Shown in pieces: positions 21,470-28,274 of a stretch of 64,000 nt of DNA. The notes below the pieces were generated by a model. That model ran no database searches, was not told the origin of the DNA, and saw only the letters and a program-made list of their open reading frames with translations. The position numbers and the translations under genes were made by a program. Positions within the stretch are counted from its first letter, which is position 1. Each line of letters opens with the position of its first letter. The stretch lies in IMG/VR virus record IMGVR_UViG_3300042514_000542, positions 1-64,000 of that record. One strand, written 5' to 3'.

Positions 21470-21541
21470 GCTCCTATCGTCTAACGGTTAGGACATTTGG
21501 TTTTCATCCAAAAAATCGGGGTTCGATTCCCCGTGGGAGTG
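21470..21541 (+). tRNA. tRNA-Glu(TTC), no encoded CCA
   Basis: Cloverleaf; TTTGG-TT-TTC-AT-CCAAA; GGTTCGATTCC T arm. Confidence 0.9.
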
Positions 21542-21544
21542 CTT

Positions 21545-21618
21545 CGCATATAAGAAGTCGGTGACTTCGCCAGCCACTTAAACGGTTGGAGAGACTAGTT
21601 AAACTCTAGTATATGCCA
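21545..21618 (+). ncRNA. Atypical tRNA-like RNA with an 8-nt anticodon loop (ACTTAAAC)
   Basis: Stems GCATAT/ATATGC, GAAG/CTTC, CCAGCC/GGTTGG and ACTAG/CTAGT; degenerate T loop TTAAACT. Confidence 0.6.
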
Positions 21619-21624
21619 CATAAT

Positions 21625-21695
21625 CGCGGTGAGGTAGTCTGGTGACTACGGTAGGCTCATAACCTACAGAGATGTGTTCGATTCCATCGCTGCAA
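21625..21695 (+). tRNA. tRNA-Met(CAT), C1:A72 initiator-like, irregular T arm
   Basis: GTAGG-CT-CAT-AA-CCTAC. Confidence 0.75.
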
Positions 21696-21703
21696 CATAT
21701 AAT

Positions 21704-21777
21704 CGCAGGTAAGTGGTCTGGTTTGACCATTCGGCCCTCATAAGGCTGAGAGGTAGGTTCGATTCCTACACCCGCAT
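21704..21777 (+). tRNA. tRNA-Met(CAT), C1:A72 initiator-like
   Basis: CGGCC-CT-CAT-AA-GGCTG; GTAGG-TTCGATT-CCTAC. Confidence 0.8.
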
Positions 21778-21785
21778 CATATAAC

Positions 21786-21861
21786 TGGAGGGTGGCCAAG
21801 TGGTTAAGGCAACGGCTTCATACGCCGAAGATCGTGGGTTCGACTCCCACCCCTCCTACCA
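21786..21861 (+). tRNA. tRNA(CAT), elongator Met or Ile2, with CCA
   Basis: CGGC-TT-CAT-AC-GCCG; canonical D and T arms. Confidence 0.85.
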
Positions 21862-21864
21862 TAA

Positions 21865-21938
21865 TGCGTGTTAACGATGGGATTATGATTTTTCCGTAAA
21901 GTGAATCATAGAGGTTTCGATTACCTTTAGCCGCACCA
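21865..21938 (+). ncRNA. D-armless tRNA-like RNA ending in ACCA
   Basis: T arm GAGGT-TTCGATT-ACCTT, a TATGATT/AATCATA stem and a bulged acceptor stem. Confidence 0.6.
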
Positions 21939-21956
21939 AAATTTTAAAATATATAT

Positions 21957-22283
21957 ATGACACTAAATGAATACCAACAAAAAGCATTAACCACCAAAGG
22001 TTATGGTGCAGGAAATAATATAATTTATCCAACATTAGGACTTACAGGTGAATCCGGTGAAGTTGCTGACAAGGTTAAGAAAGTCCTACGTGATAACAAT
22101 GGAGAATTTACCGATGAAATTAAATTAGAGATTGCCAAAGAGCTTGGTGATACAGTTTGGTATATTGCAGCACTAGCGGATGATCTTGGATTCACTTTCC
22201 AAGAAATTGCTGAGATGAATCTAGCTAAGTTATCCTCTAGAAAAGCTAGAGGTGTTATTAGTGGAAGTGGAGATAATAGATGA
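21957..22283 (+). CDS. mazG: MazG-like nucleotide pyrophosphohydrolase
   Basis: LGLTGESGEVADKVKK...KELGDTVWY...N..KL..R. Confidence 0.9.
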   Translation: MTLNEYQQKALTTKGYGAGNNIIYPTLGLTGESGEVADKVKKVLRDNNGEFTDEIKLEIAKELGDTVWYIAALADDLGFTFQEIAEMNLAKLSSRKARGVISGSGDNR

Positions 22284-22483
22284 AATATTGCAGTGTTGTC
22301 GATGTAGTTCAATGGGTGTGGAAAACTGTTTGGGATATAGATAAATCTAAAGCACAAATTCGAAGAGATTTGGTGCAAGGTGCTATACGATTAAACGATA
22401 GAAAACTGAAAATTGATGATGTATTTATCTTGAATGATGAGGAAGCATTGGTCTATGACGTTAAGAAAACAGGCTTAAAATGA
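22280..22483 (+). CDS. Small S4-like RNA-binding domain protein
   Basis: SKAQIRRDLVQGAIRLNDRK resembles the S4 motif of the TyrRS C-terminus. Confidence 0.55.
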   Translation: MKYCSVVDVVQWVWKTVWDIDKSKAQIRRDLVQGAIRLNDRKLKIDDVFILNDEEALVYDVKKTGLK

Positions 22484-22803
22484 ACGAAAAAATTAAAAAT
22501 CTTTATAATCTATTAATAGTATTATTCCAATGGGTTGAGGGTGGAGATTTTATTATCTACACAACAATTAATGGTGATAGATTACTTACAAAAGTTTCAT
22601 GTTCCAAATATGCTAAATTTGTAATAAATGATTTTAAAGCATTGGAAAACAAATATGGGAAGAGTATTTACACAATGCTTGAACCAGAAAAGATTAAAAC
22701 ACTTTTTGCGATTTCTGATCAATACGAATGGTTTTCCAGAAAAGAATTGGTTGAATTTTTAGAGAGTGAGTTTAGTAATAAGTTATTTATTATGGGTGAG
22801 TAA
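22480..22803 (+). CDS. Hypothetical protein; 3' end overlaps tRNA-Tyr
   Basis: ATGA-coupled ORF. Confidence 0.6.
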   Translation: MNEKIKNLYNLLIVLFQWVEGGDFIIYTTINGDRLLTKVSCSKYAKFVINDFKALENKYGKSIYTMLEPEKIKTLFAISDQYEWFSRKELVEFLESEFSNKLFIMGE

Positions 22804-22875
22804 AGTCGGCGGCTCCGACAGCAGGACTGTAAATTCTGTCCCTTCGGGGGAGTGGATCGACACCACACTTACCCA
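22794..22875 (+). tRNA. tRNA-Tyr(GTA)
   Basis: CAGGA-CT-GTA-AA-TTCTG; long variable arm CCC-TTCG-GGG. Confidence 0.8.
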
Positions 22876-23033
22876 CATTGTTTTCTCCTATTATTCAAGC
22901 AATCATAAACAAATACAACAATTTCTTTGGATTGTGGATTATACACAGTGTTATGAGTTGGATGAAAGGTTAGGATGGATATGAGCATTAGTAATAAAAG
23001 GTTCATAAACCTCTTACAATGTCAAAATATATA

Positions 23034-23105
23034 GGGGCGACCGTAAGCGGAAAGGGTCTGGTTGTAACTCAACGAGATGAGGGTTCGAATCCCATAGCTC
23101 CACCA
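23034..23105 (+). ncRNA. tRNA-Ala-like acceptor (G3:U70, A73, CCA) with non-canonical anticodon arm
   Basis: GGGGCGA...GGGTTCGAATCCC-ATAGCTCC-ACCA; central stem GTTG/CAAC with a 5-nt loop. Confidence 0.55.
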
Positions 23106-23114
23106 ATTAAAATT

Positions 23115-23408
23115 ATGACACATTATATAAGAACAAAAAACAATACTACCATTGTTGATCTTGAAGAGGGAAAAAATGATTTCCACACCGCAATAAATAT
23201 AGAAAATTACTCAAAGGGTTTATTATTATTGCCTGATAATTCTTTGAAACAGGAATTTATAAAAGATTTTTCATACTTATCAGAACTTAGGGGGGTTTGG
23301 TTTGAAGTTATTGAGCCAAATAATCCAGATAAAACAATGCGAGAATTTATCAAGGCTAGTTTCAATTTTGTTTGTGAAAGATGGGATTTATGTTACATTA
23401 CAGATTAA
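23115..23408 (+). CDS. Hypothetical protein
   Basis: Start moved to the ATG after the tRNA-like RNA. Confidence 0.6.
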   Translation: MTHYIRTKNNTTIVDLEEGKNDFHTAINIENYSKGLLLLPDNSLKQEFIKDFSYLSELRGVWFEVIEPNNPDKTMREFIKASFNFVCERWDLCYITD

Positions 23409-23422
23409 ATAAGAATGTCGTT

Positions 23423-23902
23423 ATGAAAAACACATAGGTAGCTGATGCCGCAACATCAGCATATAAAGACGGTGCATTCCTTCGTGGATTGCGTGTAAGA
23501 GTTAAGGAACTAGCGCAAGAGGCGAAATATATACGCCTTGAAGAGACTAGAATAAAATCCAAACAGAAGATCTATTCTAGATCGTGGAGTGACGAATGCC
23601 GAAAGGTTGAATTACCATGTGGAATTAAAGAATGGAATAATTCAATGGATTTTAGGAAATTACAAGCTCATAGAACTGTAGAGGTGAGATATGCGGCGAG
23701 AGCAGCACAACTTGCTTATGGATTTCTAAGAGGAGTTCCTTATAAAGTTATTGAATCCAAGACATATACCGATGTCTACAAGATGAACCAAATTAAAAAA
23801 GAGGTGAAGAGGTTGGCTACGAAATTTGGTGGACTAGGATATGGTAAGACTTTCGATGAGGAAGTTGAAAAATGGTTCAATCAGGTTGAAGTTAGTGCTT
23901 GA
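23423..23902 (+). CDS. Phage protein with an in-frame amber codon at codon 5 (MKNT*VADAATSAYKDGAFLRGLRVRVKELAQEAK...)
   Basis: ATG 23423, TAG 23435-23437, then an open frame continuous with the track ORF 23489-23902, which otherwise has only a TTG start. Confidence 0.7.
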
Positions 23903-23926
23903 CATTAATTAAAACCGAGTTATCCT
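23899..23926 (+). promoter_or_regulatory. Phage repeat promoter for the suppressor tRNA
   Basis: TTGACA-TTAATTAAAACCGAGT-TATCCT; overlaps the TGA stop of the upstream gene. Confidence 0.7.
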
Positions 23927-23940
23927 TCGGGATAGCTAAA

Positions 23941-24012
23941 GCTGAGTTGGCAGAGTGGTTATGCGGTTGTCTCTAAAACAACTTTACATGGGTTCGAATC
24001 CCATACTTAGCA
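23941..24012 (+). tRNA. Amber suppressor tRNA (anticodon CTA)
   Basis: Acceptor GCTGAGT/ACTTAGC+A; anticodon arm GTTGT-CT-CTA-AA-ACAAC; T arm ATGGG-TTCGAAT-CCCAT. Confidence 0.88.
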
Positions 24013-24015
24013 CAT

Positions 24016-24197
24016 GATAAAGTGGCTACTTGGAGTAGTTGGTTCCTGATTCCCACTTGAAAATCAGGATCTCGAAAGGGATTAATTAATGGGTAAAATG
24101 ACATTCAACGTAATGCACGAATGAAGTCTCAAACGCCAACAGGAAAAGGGTAGCCTGAAACAAAAGACCTTACCATGTTCGAATCATGGCTTTATCA
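24016..24197 (+). ncRNA. ~182-nt RNA with tRNA acceptor, D-like arm and T arm around a multi-hairpin core
   Basis: GATAAAG/CTTTATC+A acceptor, CCATG-TTCGAAT-CATGG T arm and several internal hairpins. Confidence 0.7.
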
Positions 24198-24202
24198 ACA
24201 GT

Positions 24203-24475
24203 ATGTTTAGATTCAAAATGACACATTTAACTTTTGGAACATCTAAAGAGTTTTCTGAAGATGATGCACCAGATTGGTTAAAGTATGGTGGTATAAAAGG
24301 ATCTACTATGGATGCTAGATGGTTCTGGAATGATCATGTAATGAAATTAGAAGTAGGAGAAACGATAGATACAGATTTTCAAAGAATTGAGAGATTAGAA
24401 GACTGTGACCATGAATGGGAAGCTACATACAGCGAAGCATGGTGCAAAAAATGTGATAAAATTGAAAGGTATTGA
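24203..24475 (+). CDS. Hypothetical protein with C-terminal Cys/His (Zn-ribbon-like) motif
   Basis: CDHEW...WCKKCD. Confidence 0.6.
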   Translation: MFRFKMTHLTFGTSKEFSEDDAPDWLKYGGIKGSTMDARWFWNDHVMKLEVGETIDTDFQRIERLEDCDHEWEATYSEAWCKKCDKIERY

Positions 24476-24560
24476 TAAAAGGCTGTTGGGTAGCTCCCAA
24501 CTGATTTGGATAACAAAAGCGTGATAAGTCCAAAGAGAATAAAAATAAAACGCGCACAAA

Positions 24561-24632
24561 TGACGAGTAGCACAGCGGCAGTGCGGGTGACTGTTAATCA
24601 CTAGGTCGTAGGTTCGATCCCTACCTTGTCAG
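24561..24632 (+). tRNA. tRNA-Asn(GTT)
   Basis: GGTGA-CT-GTT-AA-TCACT; canonical arms. Confidence 0.9.
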
Positions 24633-24656
24633 CATAAGAAATAATCAATTGGTGTT

Positions 24657-25001
24657 ATGTATATAGAAAATAAAATATTCACTGAAATGATTTCGGATTA
24701 TTATAAGTGTGGGGATTTAAATCCCAAACTTCTTATATTCTTTAAAGAAATTACTTTAGGTTTATTAGAAACGGAAAGATTCAGAGGATATTCAAAACAT
24801 TGGAAAGATGAAATGGTATTCGAAAGTATCTTTCATATGAAGAGAGCATTAGTCGAAAGAAAGTTCAACTTGGATAGAGAAACTAATCCATTCTCATATT
24901 TTAATAGAATTGCTAATACTTCTTTTAGAGAATGGATTAGAAAAGAAAATGGTCATAACGAAAAATGTTTTGACTATTATGAATATATAAACGGGAGATA
25001 A
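24657..25001 (+). CDS. Short T4 gp55-like late sigma factor homolog
   Basis: FRGYSKHWKDEMV...KFN....NPFSYFNRIANTSF..WIRKE resembles the gp55 region-2 core. Confidence 0.7.
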   Translation: MYIENKIFTEMISDYYKCGDLNPKLLIFFKEITLGLLETERFRGYSKHWKDEMVFESIFHMKRALVERKFNLDRETNPFSYFNRIANTSFREWIRKENGHNEKCFDYYEYINGR

Positions 25002-25046
25002 ATTGGGTCGTCATTACACAGCGACATGAAATAATTGTGTTGATAA

Positions 25047-25122
25047 CGGGAATTGATGTAACTTGGTAGCATGAGACATTTGGATTGTTTTTGTTCGGAT
25101 TCAAATTCCGAGTTCCCGACCA
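25047..25122 (+). tRNA. tRNA-Pro(TGG) with CCA
   Basis: AGACA-TT-TGG-AT-TGTTT; acceptor CGGGAAT/GTTCCCG. Confidence 0.85.
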
Positions 25123-25719
25123 CTATCTTTTAATTCTGCTAGATTTATCATTCAGAAACTTATAATTTTCAGTTAAAGAATGACAGTTTGGACATAGTAG
25201 CGTTAAATTATCCTCTATACAGTTAGATGCATCACCGTCTATATGGTGTATTTCTAAATAAGAAATATCAGAATACGGATTCTTTTCACTCCAACCACAT
25301 TCGACACACTCGTTGTTAAATTTATTTTTAATATATCTTCTGACAAATGATGAGATGTTTAGATTCTTATTCAGCACATATCCACAATGCTTTCCTGATT
25401 TCCAATCATTAAGTAATGTATTCTCTTTATGATTTAATTCACATTCCTTATTGCAAAATTTTCTATTATTCTTTGACCAATTTCTCCTTTTCATTACAAT
25501 GCTATTACAATTCAAGCAATAACAATTCACATCATTAGATGATTTCGTTGGTAAATTCTCCCTTTTTCTACTTTTATATTCCACAGCATCTCTAATCGCT
25601 TTATTTCTGACGTTTGGATTGCAGTGATAAGACACAGTAGATTTGGAACATCCTAATATATTCACAATTTCATCATAACTTTTTCCAGATTCTCTAAGTT
25701 CTAAAATTTCATTCTTCAT
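25123..25719 (-). mobile_element. Free-standing HNH homing endonuclease with N-terminal HTH
   Basis: CVECGW...LEIHHIDGD..N...NL.LLCPNCH; antisense within the tRNA cluster; TTAAATA-N5-ATG. Confidence 0.85.
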
Positions 25720-25786
25720 AATAGTATTTAATACTTAGAACCCATTTTACAAATTTAAAATATTCAATTCGGAGTTCGAATATCAA

Positions 25787-25814
25787 TTGACATTAATTAA
25801 AACCGAACTATAAT
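25787..25814 (+). promoter_or_regulatory. Full-consensus phage repeat promoter
   Basis: TTGACA-TTAATTAAAACCGAAC-TATAAT-acgcat-ATG. Confidence 0.85.
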
Positions 25815-25820
25815 ACGCAT

Positions 25821-26051
25821 ATGAACGATAATATACTACATGTCGCAAAGACACTTTATATGTTCCATGAAGAAGAACCTGAATGGAATGAACAGATGGA
25901 ACGTATGTGGAATAATCTACAACCAAAGAGAAATTATAGTAATCCGTATTCAGTTGCTCAAGATGAATATATCAGAATGGCTAAGGGTATTATGGTGTTA
26001 ATCAATGAAGAACTTTATAATAATCATTATAAAGACATTCCTTATGATTAA
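25821..26051 (+). CDS. Hypothetical protein (leaderless cassette)
   Basis: Starts 6 nt after TATAAT; its stop lies inside the next repeat. Confidence 0.7.
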   Translation: MNDNILHVAKTLYMFHEEEPEWNEQMERMWNNLQPKRNYSNPYSVAQDEYIRMAKGIMVLINEELYNNHYKDIPYD

Positions 26052-26160
26052 AACCGAACTATAATAATTCAACCTTCCGCGCCTCTCTAAATTGTAGGTA
26101 TTGAATTGAGTGATCATAAATTTAATATTGTTTTATGAAGCGTAATTCGGAAGGTGTTAT

Positions 26161-26237
26161 GAGAGTGAAGCTTATTAGGTAAAGCCCCAGACTTTTAATC
26201 TGGTGTCTTTCCGGTTCAAATCCGGGGACTCTCACCA
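26161..26237 (+). tRNA. tRNA-Lys(TTT) with CCA
   Basis: CCAGA-CT-TTT-AA-TCTGG. Confidence 0.88.
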
Positions 26238-26241
26238 AAAA

Positions 26242-26313
26242 CCGAGTATAGCTTTAATGTAGAAGTCTCCGACTGTGAATCGGACTGTTCTGGTTCAAGT
26301 CCAGATGCGCGGA
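26242..26313 (+). tRNA. tRNA-His(GTG), atypical acceptor end
   Basis: TCCGA-CT-GTG-AA-TCGGA; lacks the usual G-1/C73. Confidence 0.75.
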
Positions 26314-26322
26314 TATAAAATT

Positions 26323-26478
26323 ATGAACCTAGAAAACTTAAACACATTCAAACAAATGATGGACATACTAGAAAGTATGTATGATATGGCTCAATCAGAA
26401 AGTTGGGATGAATCTGACGCACAGGATCTAATTATGTGTGGTGCTAAACTATACTTAGAAATTAAAAATAATACTTAA
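26323..26478 (+). CDS. Hypothetical protein
   Basis: Start moved to the ATG after tRNA-His. Confidence 0.55.
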   Translation: MNLENLNTFKQMMDILESMYDMAQSESWDESDAQDLIMCGAKLYLEIKNNT

Positions 26479-26479
26479 T

Positions 26480-26668
26480 ATGATAGTTCAACTCAACCCA
26501 ACGATCCCGTTGATAACACCAAAGGGAAAAGGATTTGCACATTTGGTTATTGATTATTCACAGGAGCATGATCTAATGTGGGTAGTGTTCATTAACGAAA
26601 GTGGTGAATGCTGGACTTTTAAAAATAGTGAAGTAAGAATAGTAGATAATCTATCTTTGGGTAGGTGA
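26480..26668 (+). CDS. Hypothetical small protein
   Basis: QLNPTIPLITPKGKGFAHLVIDYSQEHDLMWVVF...GECW. Confidence 0.65.
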   Translation: MIVQLNPTIPLITPKGKGFAHLVIDYSQEHDLMWVVFINESGECWTFKNSEVRIVDNLSLGR

Positions 26669-26675
26669 AGATAAA

Positions 26676-26749
26676 GCGGGTGTAGCTTAATGGTAAAGCG
26701 ACTGACTTCCACTCAGTATACCTCAGTTCGATTCTGAGTATCCGCTCCA
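26676..26749 (+). tRNA. tRNA-Gly(TCC) with CCA
   Basis: ACTGA-CT-TCC-AC-TCAGT; GCGGGTG acceptor, U73. Confidence 0.9.
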
Positions 26750-26751
26750 CA

Positions 26752-27192
26752 ATGAAAAATCAATATCCAATAGCATTTGAAAGAGGAAAGTTAGTGAAAT
26801 ATCTAAAGCCTCACAAGTATACCAAAAAATATGAGGAATATTCATTAGAATTATACGAAGATCAAACACTTCTTGAATTGATTGGTTGGGTTGAAGAACA
26901 TGGTGGTGAATTTAAAAATGCTCTCGTAAGACATGAATATGGTGGATATGGTGATGATGGTCACATGGAACTGTATTTGAAAATACCCTTGAGTGAAAAG
27001 GAAATAGAAGATCAAGAAAAAGAATACGAAAAACTGTTATCCGAATGGAACGAGTGGAAAGAACTTTCCAAAACAGCTAAGGATACCGAAGAAGCTAAAA
27101 ATAAAGCCACCAGAGCAAAAGCCCTAAAGACTCAAGAAAATAATCTTTTAGCTAAATTGAGAAAAATCAGAGAACAACAAAATAAATTATGA
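26752..27192 (+). CDS. Hypothetical protein
   Basis: 146-aa ORF with coiled-coil C-terminus. Confidence 0.65.
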   Translation: MKNQYPIAFERGKLVKYLKPHKYTKKYEEYSLELYEDQTLLELIGWVEEHGGEFKNALVRHEYGGYGDDGHMELYLKIPLSEKEIEDQEKEYEKLLSEWNEWKELSKTAKDTEEAKNKATRAKALKTQENNLLAKLRKIREQQNKL

Positions 27193-27398
27193 CATTAGAA
27201 AAATACATAAAAAATTTACAAGAATTTGTAGAGGAAAATCCAGAAATGAAAGATGCGTTGGTGGTGACATCAGCAGATGCAGAGGGTAACAGTTTTGAAC
27301 CTGTGTATCATACACCTAGTTCTGGACGCTACCAAGACTGCGAATTTCGACAAGAGTTATATGAAGATGAAAAATTTAATGCAGTTTGTGTAAACTAA
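27189..27398 (+). CDS. Hypothetical protein
   Basis: ATGA-coupled; DAEGNSF motif. Confidence 0.65.
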   Translation: MTLEKYIKNLQEFVEENPEMKDALVVTSADAEGNSFEPVYHTPSSGRYQDCEFRQELYEDEKFNAVCVN

Positions 27399-27401
27399 AT
27401 T

Positions 27402-27590
27402 ATGATAATTACAATAGGAGTATGGGTAATACCAGTAGTGGTGAATGTAGTGTGGATTTTACTTATGGTAAGATCCGTGATGGAGTGTAGTAGTGGGTGG
27501 TTTACTGGATTGGCTGAAATGATATTTGGAACAATTGGAACACTTATCATATGGTTAGTTTTCTTCGCAGTAATGTATTTTTGTAAGTAG
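27402..27590 (+). CDS. Small membrane protein
   Basis: Two hydrophobic segments. Confidence 0.6.
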   Translation: MIITIGVWVIPVVVNVVWILLMVRSVMECSSGWFTGLAEMIFGTIGTLIIWLVFFAVMYFCK

Positions 27591-27660
27591 CCTTGTTAGT
27601 TTAATGGTAAAACGTGGGATTTGTAACCCCTTGACGAGAGTTCGATTCTCTCACTCGGCT
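27590..27660 (+). tRNA. tRNA-Thr(TGT)
   Basis: Anticodon loop TT-TGT-AA; GAGAG-TTCGATT-CTCTC T arm. Confidence 0.75.
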
Positions 27661-27681
27661 CCGTAACTCATTGATTGTAAA

Positions 27682-27758
27682 TGTGGTGTAACTCAGTTGG
27701 TTAGAGTATCCGCCTGATAAGTGGAAAGTCGTTGGTTCGAGTCCAACCATCACAACCA
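27682..27758 (+). tRNA. tRNA-Ile(GAT) with CCA
   Basis: TCCGC-CT-GAT-AA-GTGGA. Confidence 0.9.
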
Positions 27759-27760
27759 TA

Positions 27761-27832
27761 GGGAGATTAGTAGAATGGATATAACGTCAGAATACGAATC
27801 TGGAAAAAGTGGTTCGATCCCATTATCTCTCA
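27761..27832 (+). tRNA. tRNA-Arg(ACG)
   Basis: TCAGA-AT-ACG-AA-TCTGG. Confidence 0.8.
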
Positions 27833-27837
27833 CAAAA

Positions 27838-27908
27838 GGGGCTATAATTTAGCGGTAAAATAGCGGTTTTGCAAATCGTTTTCGTCAGTTCGACTCTGAC
27901 TAGCTCCA
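27838..27908 (+). tRNA. tRNA-Ala(TGC)
   Basis: GGGGCTA/TAGCTCC (G3:U70); GCGGT-TT-TGC-AA-ATCGT. Confidence 0.88.
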
Positions 27909-27923
27909 CATAAGATTTCTATT

Positions 27924-27996
27924 GGGCATGTATTCCAACGGTAGAGAAAGTGCGCTTAGAACGCATAAAGTGTCAGTTCGAATCTGACCATGCCCA
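27924..27996 (+). tRNA. tRNA with Leu anticodon (TAG) but a short variable loop
   Basis: GTGCG-CT-TAG-AA-CGCAT; variable region only AAAGT. Confidence 0.8.
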
Positions 27997-28001
27997 CACA
28001 A

Positions 28002-28075
28002 CCCATGGTAGCTGATTTGGTTCAAGCGGCAGATTGAAGATTTGCAGTAGGTCGGTTCGATTCCGACACATGGGA
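28002..28075 (+). tRNA. tRNA-Phe(GAA)
   Basis: GCAGA-TT-GAA-GA-TTTGC. Confidence 0.85.
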
Positions 28076-28081
28076 CACATT

Positions 28082-28270
28082 ATGAAACAGAAAATTCCAA
28101 CAATTGAAATCCAGTTGGAAAAGGTTATAGTAAGTTCAGAAGGTAAGATAAAACTGGACGGTGATTGGAAAATGGAAATAGATCCCAATATCATTGTCGA
28201 TTGGGGAGAAGACATTGATCCAGAATTATCCGAACTAATGTTTTACGAATTACATAGAGATTATAGATAA
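28082..28270 (+). CDS. Hypothetical protein
   Basis: Start moved to the ATG after tRNA-Phe. Confidence 0.55.
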   Translation: MKQKIPTIEIQLEKVIVSSEGKIKLDGDWKMEIDPNIIVDWGEDIDPELSELMFYELHRDYR

Positions 28271-28274
28271 AGAA

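Noticed and set aside
21599-21799. ORFs overlapping tRNAs (also 22766-22984, 27973-28215, 28778-29008, 31966-32163)
   Set aside because: They are translations of tRNA genes or their complements.
24016-24197. tmRNA or intron-containing tRNA
   Set aside because: No G3:U70 pair, too short for tmRNA or a group I intron, and no anticodon arm could be rebuilt by simple excision. It was kept as an unknown ncRNA.
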